In this document: positions 8,555-18,044 of the stretch, one piece after another
How the letters are laid out: every line of letters begins with the position of its first letter
How positions within the stretch are numbered: the first letter of the stretch is position 1
Source of the DNA: Rhodanobacteraceae bacterium
Lineage (GTDB): Bacteria; Pseudomonadota; Gammaproteobacteria; Xanthomonadales; Rhodanobacteraceae
DNA: 57,961 nucleotides
Assembly: GCA_035700365.1 (NCBI GenBank)
Contig: DASSOQ010000005.1
Span: 1-57,961, forward strand
Direction of reading: 5' to 3'
Notes under the pieces: generated by a model
The model's input: only the letters and a program-made list of their open reading frames with translations
The model's database searches: none
What the model was told of the DNA's origin: nothing
Program-made: the position numbers and the translations under genes

Positions 8555-10375
8555 CTATTCGACAACCGGTGCGCCAGCCTGCTGCAGCAGGCTGCCCACT
8601 TGCTGCGCAACCACGATCTGGTCGCGCCCGCGCGCCTTGGCCGCGTACATCGCGTCGTCGGCGGCCCGCAACCAACTGCCGACATCGTGGCAACGCATGC
8701 CGTCGAACAACGCCATGCCGATGCTGATGGTGACGTCCAGATCGTCGGGCGCATTCGGAAATTCCAGGCCGGCGATCGCGGCGCGCATTTCGCGGGCAAG
8801 CTGCAGCGCCGCGGCGCCACCGATGCGCGGACACAACACGATGAATTCTTCGCCGCCGAGGCGCGCGAGCCGGCCACGCTTGCCGACCACCTCGCGCAGG
8901 CACTGCAACGAAACATTCAGCACGATGTCGCCGAACGGATGACCGCAACGATCGTTGATGCGCTTGAAGTAATCGAAGTCGAACAGCAGCAACGCATGCA
9001 ACGGCGGCTCGCCGGCGTCGCGCTTGCCGAGCAGTTTCTCGGCACGCCGGAAAAACCCGCGACGGTTGTCCACGCCGGTCAGCGGATCTTCCAGCGCCTG
9101 GCGCCGCAGCTCCAGGGTGTGGCGTCGTTGCGAGCGCAGCAACAGCAGCAGCGACACCACCCCCACCACCAATCCCGTGGTCGCGGCCAGGGCGGCCACG
9201 AGCGTGGTGCGCTGGCGGCGCATCTGCATCACGTTGCGCTCGGCGTCGGCCTCGGCGGCTTGCAGTTTCAGATTCTTGATCTGGTTGTTGCGCTCCAGCT
9301 CCCGGATGCGGATTTCCTTTTCACGCGCCGCGTAGCGGGCCGCGAGCTCCGCCTGCTGCGACTGCAGGCTGCTGGTCCAGTGGCTGCGCGCCACGGCCGC
9401 GGATTCGCGCGCTGCGGTCAATGCAAGTTTCAGGTCGCCGTCGCGCTCGGCCATCCGCGATTGTTCCTGCAGCAAGTCCGGCAGCAGGCCATCCAGGTGC
9501 GCCTTGCGCGCCTCGTCCACGGTCGACGCGATAAGGGCCATCGCGTCGCGATGCTGGCCCATCGATTCCATCGCACGTGCGATATCGTGCTGCGAAATCA
9601 ACGCGTCGGATTCGCGACCCGCCGCACGTTCGTCCGCCAGCGAAGACCGCGACAGCGCGATCGCCTGCTTGGGCTTGCCCTGCTTCAGCAGTACCTGGGC
9701 AAGGTTGTCGCCCACCATCAATGCCTGCGAGCGGTCGCCGGCCTTCTCGTACAGCGCACGTGCCTGCTCGTAGAAGGTGCCTGCGGCGTCGTATTGGCCC
9801 ATGCCGTAGGCGTTGTTGCCTTCGTCGTTCCTCGCCTGGGCCTGATCCCAGTCGTCGTGGAGCGCGCCGAAGGCCTCGTCGGCCTGCTTGCACAATGGCT
9901 GCGAATGGTGATGCTGGCCGGCCATGCTGTAGACATCGCACAACTGGAACTTGGCCAGCGCGCGGTGCGCGGGATCCGGGCTGTCCAGTTGCAGGGCGGC
10001 GGCCTGCAGGGCATCGCTGACGCCACCACCATCGCCGTGCGCGATGCGCAGATCGGCATTCAGGAAACCGGCATACGATTCGGCCAGGGTGTCGTGCCCG
10101 ACGCTGCCCAGGCTCTTGAGGCGCGCCACCGCTTCGGTGACCGCGGCATCATCGGAAACGTTGATCCCGGCGCGACCCATCCACCACAACGCGTCGCGCT
10201 CGCCCACGGGATCGCCGGCGTACACTCCGGCATCGAGTGCCGCGCGCAGTTTGACGATCAGGCCCTGCGGATCTCTCGCGGAAAGGGTGCGCATTTCCAC
10301 GGGTGGCAGCGCGGTCACGGCCCACGCCACCGACAGCGTTCCCCATAGCAGCAACCCCGCAAGCAACTTCCGCAT
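8555..10375 (-). CDS. diguanylate cyclase with periplasmic TPR-like sensor region
   Basis: Trimmed to the ATG at 10375. Signal peptide (MRKLLAGLLLWGTLSVAWA), TPR-like repeats, a coiled coil, one TM segment (LVAALAATTGLVVGVVSLLLLL), then a GGDEF domain with RLGGEEF. Confidence 0.85.
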   Translation of the reverse strand: MRKLLAGLLLWGTLSVAWAVTALPPVEMRTLSARDPQGLIVKLRAALDAGVYAGDPVGERDALWWMGRAGINVSDDAAVTEAVARLKSLGSVGHDTLAESYAGFLNADLRIAHGDGGGVSDALQAAALQLDSPDPAHRALAKFQLCDVYSMAGQHHHSQPLCKQADEAFGALHDDWDQAQARNDEGNNAYGMGQYDAAGTFYEQARALYEKAGDRSQALMVGDNLAQVLLKQGKPKQAIALSRSSLADERAAGRESDALISQHDIARAMESMGQHRDAMALIASTVDEARKAHLDGLLPDLLQEQSRMAERDGDLKLALTAARESAAVARSHWTSSLQSQQAELAARYAAREKEIRIRELERNNQIKNLKLQAAEADAERNVMQMRRQRTTLVAALAATTGLVVGVVSLLLLLRSQRRHTLELRRQALEDPLTGVDNRRGFFRRAEKLLGKRDAGEPPLHALLLFDFDYFKRINDRCGHPFGDIVLNVSLQCLREVVGKRGRLARLGGEEFIVLCPRIGGAAALQLAREMRAAIAGLEFPNAPDDLDVTISIGMALFDGMRCHDVGSWLRAADDAMYAAKARGRDQIVVAQQVGSLLQQAGAPVVE

Positions 10376-10454
10376 CAGCCTCTCCGCGAAGCCATGATCG
10401 GACCCTCGTTGGTTCGGTGCAAGGATTGGGCCAGTGGACGGGTACACTTGCCGG

Positions 10455-11453
<999 letters not shown>

Positions 11454-11562
11454 CCCGTCCGCCGCTGAACGCGGTACGCTGGCCGCTGCAGCCTCGGCCG
11501 CGACCCTGTATCATGCGCAGTTCGTTCCATCCTTCCATCCGTATCAAAGGATATAACCCACG

Positions 11563-12801
11563 ATGAGCCGTTACCTGTTCACCTCCGAATCGGTGTCCGA
11601 AGGCCACCCGGACAAGGTCGCCGACCAGATTTCCGACGCCGTGCTGGACGCGATCCTGGCGCAGGACAAGCGCGCGCACGTGGCGTGCGAAACCATGGTC
11701 AAGACCGGCGTCGCGATCGTGTCGGGCGAAGTCACCACCGACGCGTGGGTTGACATCGAGGCGCTGGCGCGCAAGGTGATCCTGGGCATCGGCTACGACT
11801 CGTCCACCGTCGGTTTCGACGGCGCGACCTGCGGCGTGCTGAACCTGATCGGCAAGCAATCGCCCGATATCAACCAGGGTGTCGCACGCAAGAAGCCCGA
11901 GGAACAGGGTGCCGGCGACCAGGGCCTGATGTTCGGCTACGCCTGCAACGAAGCGCCCGAATTCATGCCCGCACCGATCTACTACTCGCACCGGCTGGTC
12001 GAGCAGCAGGCCAAGGTGCGCAAGGCCGGCAAGTTGAAGTGGCTGCGCCCGGACGCAAAGTCTCAGGTCACGCTGGCGTACGACGACGCCACGATGAATA
12101 TCATCGGCCTCGACGCCGTCGTGCTGTCGACCCAGCACGATCCCGAGGTGAGGCACACCGACCTCGTGGAAGCCGTGCGCGAGTACATCCTGAAGCCGGT
12201 GCTGCCGAAGAAGCTGCTGGACACGCTGCCGAAGAACAAGGTGCACATCAACCCGACCGGCAAGTTCGTGATCGGCGGTCCGGTGGGCGATTGCGGCCTG
12301 ACCGGCCGCAAGATCATTGTCGACACCTACGGCGGCATGGCCCGCCACGGCGGCGGTGCGTTCTCGGGCAAGGATCCATCCAAGGTCGACCGCTCGGCCG
12401 CCTACGCCGCGCGCTACGTCGCCAAGAACATCGTGGCCGCCGGCATCGCCGAACGCTGCGAGGTGCAGATTTCCTACGCGATCGGCGTCGCCGAACCGAC
12501 TTCGATTTCGGTGACGACGTTCGGCACCGGCAAGATCAGCGACGACAAGATCGAGAAGCTGATCCGCGCGCATTTCGACCTGCGTCCGTACGGCATCATC
12601 AAGATGCTGGACCTGATCCACCCGATCTACCAGTCCACCGCGTCCTACGGACACTTCGGCCGCAAGCCGTTCCAGCACACCTACCGCTGGGAAGAGCGCG
12701 AAGGCGGCAAGCTGGTGAAGAAGGCCGAGACCGCGACCGCGTTCTCGTGGGAAGCGACCGATCGCGCCGACGCGTTGCGCAAGGCCGCGAAGATCAAGTG
12801 A
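11563..12801 (+). CDS. metK: S-adenosylmethionine synthetase
   Basis: [32 protein letters not shown] and [16 protein letters not shown] motifs. Confidence 0.97.
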   Translation: MSRYLFTSESVSEGHPDKVADQISDAVLDAILAQDKRAHVACETMVKTGVAIVSGEVTTDAWVDIEALARKVILGIGYDSSTVGFDGATCGVLNLIGKQSPDINQGVARKKPEEQGAGDQGLMFGYACNEAPEFMPAPIYYSHRLVEQQAKVRKAGKLKWLRPDAKSQVTLAYDDATMNIIGLDAVVLSTQHDPEVRHTDLVEAVREYILKPVLPKKLLDTLPKNKVHINPTGKFVIGGPVGDCGLTGRKIIVDTYGGMARHGGGAFSGKDPSKVDRSAAYAARYVAKNIVAAGIAERCEVQISYAIGVAEPTSISVTTFGTGKISDDKIEKLIRAHFDLRPYGIIKMLDLIHPIYQSTASYGHFGRKPFQHTYRWEEREGGKLVKKAETATAFSWEATDRADALRKAAKIK

Positions 12802-12809
12802 TGTTGTCA

Positions 12810-12911
12810 CCCCCTTCCGAAAGAAGGGGGTCGCCGCCGCAGGCGGCGGGGGGATGGCCTCCACCATCGCAAGAGCCATCCCCCTCAATCCCCCTTCGCA
12901 CGCGAAGGGGG
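12810..12911. repeat. about 100-bp three-hairpin intergenic repeat, copy B
   Basis: Hairpins are CCCCCTTC-CGAAA-GAAGGGGG (12810-12830), CGCCGCC-GCA-GGCGGCG (12832-12848) and CCCCCTTCGC-AC-GCGAAGGGGG (12890-12911). Homologous to 6846..6959. Starts 8 nt after the metK stop. Confidence 0.6.
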
Positions 12912-12921
12912 AGGGTTTGGA

Positions 12922-12986
12922 TCGCCGAGGGGCGCTGCAACCGTGAAGCACGGTCAGGCTCGGCACCCTTTCCAACAGCGCCCATC
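12922..12986 (+). promoter_or_regulatory. SAH (S-adenosylhomocysteine) riboswitch in the ahcY leader
   Basis: GCCGAGGGGCGCUGCAACCGUGAAGCACGGUCAGGCUCGGCACCCUUUCCAACAGCGCCC fits the SAH-riboswitch consensus as I remember it (CCGAGGrGCGCUGCraC-hairpin-GUCAGGCUCGG-...CAACrGCGCyC). P1 is GCCGAG/CUCGGC, the hairpin is CCGUG/CACGG, and GGGCGCUG pairs with CAGCGCCC. It sits just 5' of the ahcY GGAG and ATG, the classical context. Confidence 0.8.
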
Positions 12987-13001
12987 CATCGGAGAAACAC
13001 C

Positions 13002-14426
13002 ATGAACGCCGTAGTCAAAGACACCGCCTCGCACGATTACAAGGTGCGCGACATCAGCCAAGCCGAGCTCGGCCGCAAGCGCATCACCATGGCCGAGCAG
13101 GAAATGCCGGGCCTGATGCAGATCCGCGCGCGGTACGCGCCGCAAAAGCCGCTGAAAGGCGTGCGCGTCACCGGCTCGCTGCACATGACCAAGGAAACCG
13201 CGGTACTGATCGAGACGCTCGCGGCACTCGGCGCATCGGTGCGTTGGGCGTCATGCAACATCTTCTCGACCCAGGACGACTGCGCGGCCGCGATTGCCGC
13301 GAGCGGCGTGCCCGTGTTCGCGTGGAAGGGCGAGACACTGGAGGAATACTGGCAGTGCACGCTCGACGCGCTGACGCACCCGGGCATGAGCGGCCCGGAG
13401 CTGATCGTCGATGACGGCGGCGACGCGACGCTCTTGATCCACAAGGGCGTCGAGATGGAAGACGGTTCCAGGTGGGTGGACGAGAAAGGCGCCAACCACG
13501 AGGAACAGGTCATCAAGGATCTCCTGAAGAAGACCCGCACCGAACGTCCGGGCTTCTGGAAGAAGGTCGCATCCGAATGGCGCGGCGTGTCCGAGGAAAC
13601 CACCACCGGCGTGCATCGCCTGTACCAGCTCGCCGAGGCCGGCAAGCTGCTGGTGCCCGCGATCAACGTCAACGATTCCGTCACCAAGAGCAAGTTCGAC
13701 AACCTGTACGGCTGCCGCGAATCGCTGGCCGACGGCATCAAGCGCGCCACCGACCTGATGGTCGCGGGCAAGGTCGCGGTGGTGTGCGGCTACGGCGATG
13801 TCGGCAAGGGCTGCGCGCACTCGCTCAAAGGCTTCGGTGCGCGCGTGATCGTCACCGAGATCGACCCGATCTGCGCGCTGCAGGCCGCGATGGAAGGCTT
13901 CCAGGTCGCGACCGTCGAGGACACGCTTGGCGTCGGCGACATCTACGTCACCACCACCGGCAACCGCGACGTGATCACGCTGGAGCACATGCAGCGCATG
14001 AAGAACCACGCGCTGGTCTGCAACATCGGCCACTTCGACAACGAGATCCAGGTCGACCGCCTGCAGAAGGCCGCGAAGCACACCAACATCAAGCCGCAGG
14101 TCGACCTCTACACCTTCGACGGTGGCAACTCGATCTACCTGCTGGCCGAAGGCCGCCTCGTGAACCTCGGCTGCGCGCATGGCCATCCGTCGTTCGTGAT
14201 GTCGAATTCGTTTTCGAACCAGACGCTGGCCCAGATCGACCTGTGGACCCACAAGGACGAGTACGAAAAGACCGTCTACCGCCTCCCGAAGAAGCTGGAC
14301 GAGGAAGTCGCGCGCCTGCACCTCGAGCAGATCGGCGTCAAGCTCACCAAGATGACGAAGGACCAGGCGGACTACCTCGGCGTGCCGGTGGAAGGCCCCT
14401 ACAAGGCCGATCACTACAGGTACTGA
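13002..14426 (+). CDS. ahcY: adenosylhomocysteinase
   Basis: Trimmed from read-through ORF 12039..14426 to the ATG at 13002 (GGAG 8 nt upstream). [22 protein letters not shown] and [10 protein letters not shown] motifs. 474 aa. Confidence 0.97.
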   Translation: MNAVVKDTASHDYKVRDISQAELGRKRITMAEQEMPGLMQIRARYAPQKPLKGVRVTGSLHMTKETAVLIETLAALGASVRWASCNIFSTQDDCAAAIAASGVPVFAWKGETLEEYWQCTLDALTHPGMSGPELIVDDGGDATLLIHKGVEMEDGSRWVDEKGANHEEQVIKDLLKKTRTERPGFWKKVASEWRGVSEETTTGVHRLYQLAEAGKLLVPAINVNDSVTKSKFDNLYGCRESLADGIKRATDLMVAGKVAVVCGYGDVGKGCAHSLKGFGARVIVTEIDPICALQAAMEGFQVATVEDTLGVGDIYVTTTGNRDVITLEHMQRMKNHALVCNIGHFDNEIQVDRLQKAAKHTNIKPQVDLYTFDGGNSIYLLAEGRLVNLGCAHGHPSFVMSNSFSNQTLAQIDLWTHKDEYEKTVYRLPKKLDEEVARLHLEQIGVKLTKMTKDQADYLGVPVEGPYKADHYRY

Positions 14427-14427
14427 C

Positions 14428-14467
14428 GGGAAGACGGAGAAACGGGGAGACGAAGAAACGGAGACAA
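14428..14467 (+). repeat. array of five purine-rich octamers (left arm of cassette)
   Basis: GGGAAGAC GGAGAAAC GGGGAGAC GAAGAAAC GGAGACAA, starting 1 nt after the ahcY stop. Confidence 0.7.
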
Positions 14468-14486
14468 AGGCAAGTGGCATTCGCGT

Positions 14487-14852
14487 TTACGCGGTGCCAC
14501 CGCGCTTCCGTTTTGTCGAGATGAACGCGTTGAGCTTGGCGAAAAGACGCTCGATCCGCTCGCGCAGGACCACTGTATCAATCAAATACGCAAGATCCTC
14601 GCACAGGCATATTTGTGTGTCGATCTCGAGCAGCGACCCGCGGGCGATCAGCAAAAAGCGCACGAACTCCGCATTGCTTCCTCGTGCAGCACCCTCCGCG
14701 ATATTGGATGGGACGCTGACTGCTGCTCGCCTCATTTGCGAAATCAACCCAAATCGTTCGTCGTCGGGAAGCTCTGCAGTGGCAGCGTAGATCTCGCGGA
14801 CCAGAAGCCTCGCCTCCTGCCAGACCTGCAGTTCATAGTGATTTGGACGCAT
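14487..14852 (-). CDS. four-helix-bundle protein (23S rRNA intervening-sequence protein / S23p family)
   Basis: Trimmed to the ATG at 14852 (GGGAGG 6 nt upstream). 121 aa with the family signature VSVPSNIAEGAARGS and the usual LxIARGSLxE helix. Visibly more A/T-rich than its neighbours. Confidence 0.85.
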   Translation of the reverse strand: MRPNHYELQVWQEARLLVREIYAATAELPDDERFGLISQMRRAAVSVPSNIAEGAARGSNAEFVRFLLIARGSLLEIDTQICLCEDLAYLIDTVVLRERIERLFAKLNAFISTKRKRGGTA

Positions 14853-14860
14853 GGTCGCCT

Positions 14861-14908
14861 CCCGTCCTATCTCGCCGTCTCCCCGTCTTTCCATTTTCCC
14901 GTCTTCCC
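14861..14908 (-). repeat. array of six purine-rich octamers in inverted orientation (right arm of cassette)
   Basis: Read on the minus strand: GGGAAGAC GGGAAAAT GGAAAGAC GGGGAGAC GGCGAGAT AGGACGGG. The outermost unit is identical to the outermost unit of the left arm. Confidence 0.7.
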
Positions 14909-16345
14909 GGCTTCTCGCCCGAACCGCGCCAGTTCGGGTACGTACGGCGCGTAGTGCCGCCAGCGTCCCACGGATGTCCTGTAAACGGGCTGGCGCGCCT
15001 GCCACACACTGGCCGACTGCACCGGCACGCCTTCGGCGGAGGGGCGCGATGCGCCAGCGGGTGCGCCAATGAATTCACGCAGCGCGGCCAACACGACGTC
15101 GGTGTCGGTGACCAGGGTTTCGTAATCGAGCTCGTGAATGGGAACGCGCAAAGCGTGCTTCCAGTGTTGCATCAACATGTCGTGGCCCGCCATGTAGGCC
15201 GCCATGTCGCCGAAGTCGTAGGCAAACGCCATGTCGGCGTGCGCGAAGTCCTGGCTCCACAGCGACAGCGCGGTATCGCGCGCTTCGCGGCGAAGGTGGA
15301 TGACACGCGCCTGCGGGAACATCGCCGCGGCAATGTCGAGATACCGAAAGTTCAGTGGGTCCTGATCGATGTACCACCCCGCCGGCGCATCGTCCTGCAC
15401 GGCAAGCGTGCGGTACAGATTGGCCGCCTCGGCCAAGGCCGCCGGGTTCTCCAGGTGCCCGCCCGCGACGAGCTGGTCCGCGATGAAACGCAACGCGCGG
15501 GATTCGCCGCGGTCGCGCGCGCCGGTGGCGCGTGCGAGCAGGCTTGCGGTCAGCGTCGTGCCCGAGCGCGGAATGCCCAGCACGAACACAGGCACGAAGT
15601 TTCCGCCCGCGGCGGAAACGGCCGGGGCCGCGCGGTCGCGCGTCCGCGCCTCCACGAACCGTTGCCATGCGGCGACGTCCCAAGGCTGGACCCCGTGCAC
15701 CAGCGCGTTCGCCTCGCGCAACACCCGCGCCGCCGACGCGTAGTCGCCGAGGTCGTTGCGGATCTTGGCCAGCCCGAATCCTGCCGAGGCACGCGAACGC
15801 GCCGAATACGCGGCACTGCGAAAATGCGCCTCGCAACGCGCGAGATCCTGGTCCCCAGCGTCGGTGTACCGGCGCGTATTGGCCAGCGCCGACAGCACAT
15901 GGTGGCGCTCGAGGTCGATCCCGGCGTCCAGCGCGGCAAGGTAGCGCCGGCGTGCCGTTTCGAAGTCACCCGATTCGCGCGCGATGTGGCCGGCCAGCGC
16001 CAGCAGCTCCGCGGGTGGCGCTGCCTGCCGCGAAAGTGCGCGTTCGCAGATTTCACCGGCAATGCGGTGGCGATCGCACTGTCGGACGAACTGCGCCGCG
16101 CGCAAGCCCAGGCCCGGCTCGAACCCGTTCGCGCGGCACAACGTGCGCAGCGCTTCGGACGCCGCGCCGAAGCACCCCTGGCTGCGCAGGACTTCCGCCA
16201 GCAGCATCGACGCATCTTCGCGCCGTGGCATGGTCGCCACGACGTCGCGCAGCACCGCTTCGGCGTCGGCAGGTCGGTCCTGCCGCCACAGCTCGCGGGC
16301 AATGGCCAGTTGGGCGTCGGGTTCCACCGTGGACACGGACGGCAT
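14867..16345 (-). CDS. TPR-repeat sulfotransferase, paralogue ST1 (subtype A)
   Basis: N-terminal helical repeats, then a sulfotransferase core with the PAPS 5'-phosphosulfate loop VLGIPRSGTTL, the 3'-phosphate motif HLRREARDTALSLW, and C-terminal WQARQPVYRTSVGRWRHY. Start is the ATG at 16345 or the TTG at 16360. The last 13 codons and the stop lie inside the octamer array. Confidence 0.85.
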   Translation of the reverse strand: MPSVSTVEPDAQLAIARELWRQDRPADAEAVLRDVVATMPRREDASMLLAEVLRSQGCFGAASEALRTLCRANGFEPGLGLRAAQFVRQCDRHRIAGEICERALSRQAAPPAELLALAGHIARESGDFETARRRYLAALDAGIDLERHHVLSALANTRRYTDAGDQDLARCEAHFRSAAYSARSRASAGFGLAKIRNDLGDYASAARVLREANALVHGVQPWDVAAWQRFVEARTRDRAAPAVSAAGGNFVPVFVLGIPRSGTTLTASLLARATGARDRGESRALRFIADQLVAGGHLENPAALAEAANLYRTLAVQDDAPAGWYIDQDPLNFRYLDIAAAMFPQARVIHLRREARDTALSLWSQDFAHADMAFAYDFGDMAAYMAGHDMLMQHWKHALRVPIHELDYETLVTDTDVVLAALREFIGAPAGASRPSAEGVPVQSASVWQARQPVYRTSVGRWRHYAPYVPELARFGREAGKTGKWKDGETAR

Positions 16346-16463
16346 CGGCGCGATCGACAAACGTTGCCACTATCATAACCAGTCCTTCGAACCGCACCTG
16401 TCGCATGCAACGCTTTTCCCTCGGCCACCAGGCATCGCGCGGCTTCCGCCGGAGATTCCAGCC

Positions 16464-18044
16464 ATGACGGCGGCACGCCTGCAGGGCCTCGACAACGCGG
16501 CCGCACAGCATGTCATCGGCGCGGCGCAGGCGCTCGGATTGGGCCGCGCGGACCAGGCCGCCGCCCGGCTCGCTCCGGCACTCGCCAGCCATCCGGGCCA
16601 TCCCGAGGTGCTCCGCCTGCACGCCGGCATCCTCAACCTGCGCGGTGATTACCCCGGCGCGCGTTCGGCGATGGAGCGTGCGATCGAGTTGCGGCCGATG
16701 GATGCGCTGTACCAGAACACGCTCGGCACGGTGCTGGCGACCGCCGGCGACTACGATGCCGCCATACGTGCGCTGCACCGTGCATGCGAGTTGCAGCCCG
16801 GCCTCTCGAGCGCCTGGTACAACCTCGGGGTGATGCTGACCCGTTGCGTGCGCCACGAGGAAGCCGTCGAGGCCTTGCAGCGGGCGGTCGAACTGGCGCC
16901 CGACAACATGGACGCACGCGCGTTGCTCGGCGACATGCTGCGCGTGAGCGGGCGGGTGCAGGAGTCGGCCGCGGAGTACCGCCGGGTACTGGCGGAACGT
17001 CCGTGGGCCGGCATGGCCTGGTGGGGGCTGGCGGACCTGCGGACGGACGCGCTGGCGGCCGGCGACATCGAACGGATGCGCGCGGCTCTGCGCGATACGC
17101 GCGCCAGCGACGACGACCGCGTCGCCATCGGTTTTGCGATGGCCAAGGCGCTGGACGAGCAGGGCCAATGCAGCGAATCGCTGGACGAATTGAAGCGGGC
17201 CAACGCGATTGCGCGGCTGCGGCAACGCTGGGATGCCCCGGCGTTCTCTGCCAGCATCGCGGCCGTCGACGCGTCATTCACACCGCCCCCGAACGGTGCC
17301 GCCGCGCCCGGTCTCGGCCACGAAGCCATCTTCATCGTCGGCATGCCGCGTTCCGGCACCACGCTGGTCGAACAGATCCTCGCCTCGCACCCGGAGGTCG
17401 AAGGCGCGGGCGAGCTGCCCGACCTGCCGAACGTGCTGGCGGAGGAATCGCGCCGGCGCGGCGAACCGTTCCCGCGCTGGGTCCGGAAGATGCAACCGGC
17501 CGACTGGCAACGGCTGGGCGAGCGCTACCTCGAACGCACCGCCCACTGGCGCCGGCGCCGCCGGATATTCACCGACAAGCTGCCCAACAACTGGATGTAC
17601 GTGGGCGCGATCCGGGCCATGCTTCCCGGCGCCCACATCGTCGTCTGCCGGCGCGATCCCCTGGAAACGTGCTTTTCCTGCTACCGGCAGCACTTCTTCA
17701 ACAACGAATACACCCGTACACCGGAGGACCTCGCCGCCTTCTGGCGGGATTTCGACCGCAGCATGACCCGCTGGGCGAGCGCGCATCCCCGCCACGTCTA
17801 CGAGCACGATTACGAGTTCCTGCAGAAGGATCCGGAGGCCGGCATCCGCAAGCTGCTCGCCGCCTGCGGCTTGCCGTTCGACGAATCCTGCCTGCGGTTC
17901 CACCAGACACGGCGGGACGTGCACTCACCCAGCGCCACCCAGGTGCGGCGGCCGGTGGATTCCGACACCGCACGCGCGCAACGATACGGCGCGCTGCTCG
18001 ATCCGTTGCGCATGGCGCTCGGCCTGCCCCCGTTCGGGAGGTGA
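16464..18044 (+). CDS. TPR-repeat sulfotransferase, paralogue ST2 (subtype B)
   Basis: Trimmed to the ATG at 16464 (GGAG upstream). Clear TPRs (AWYNLGVML..., ALQRAVELAPDN), IVGMPRSGTTLVEQ, FTDKLPNNW and VVCRRDPLETCFSCY motifs. Confidence 0.87.
   Translation: MTAARLQGLDNAAAQHVIGAAQALGLGRADQAAARLAPALASHPGHPEVLRLHAGILNLRGDYPGARSAMERAIELRPMDALYQNTLGTVLATAGDYDAAIRALHRACELQPGLSSAWYNLGVMLTRCVRHEEAVEALQRAVELAPDNMDARALLGDMLRVSGRVQESAAEYRRVLAERPWAGMAWWGLADLRTDALAAGDIERMRAALRDTRASDDDRVAIGFAMAKALDEQGQCSESLDELKRANAIARLRQRWDAPAFSASIAAVDASFTPPPNGAAAPGLGHEAIFIVGMPRSGTTLVEQILASHPEVEGAGELPDLPNVLAEESRRRGEPFPRWVRKMQPADWQRLGERYLERTAHWRRRRRIFTDKLPNNWMYVGAIRAMLPGAHIVVCRRDPLETCFSCYRQHFFNNEYTRTPEDLAAFWRDFDRSMTRWASAHPRHVYEHDYEFLQKDPEAGIRKLLAACGLPFDESCLRFHQTRRDVHSPSATQVRRPVDSDTARAQRYGALLDPLRMALGLPPFGR

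Noticed and set aside
11454-11562. SAM-type riboswitch in the metK leader.
   Set aside because: No SAM-I, SAM-II, SAM-V or SAM/SAH consensus elements recognisable by eye. The region is short and fits a simple promoter plus leader.
12039-14426. 795-aa ORF suggesting a long N-terminal extension of ahcY.
   Set aside because: The upstream part is an alternative frame of metK plus read-through of the repeat element and riboswitch. The canonical AhcY N-terminus and an SD are at 13002.
14428-14908. Octamer arrays as a CRISPR array or as a simple tandem repeat.
   Set aside because: The units are 8 nt with no spacers. They occur as two inverted blocks around a gene, and no cas genes are present. I interpret them as cassette arms.
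16346-16463. Search for a small precursor-peptide (RaxX-like) ORF near the sulfotransferases, including the other short spacers in the island.
   Set aside because: The spacers are 0-118 bp with no ORF carrying a start and RBS. There is no peptidase-containing ABC exporter or other RiPP hallmark in the window.
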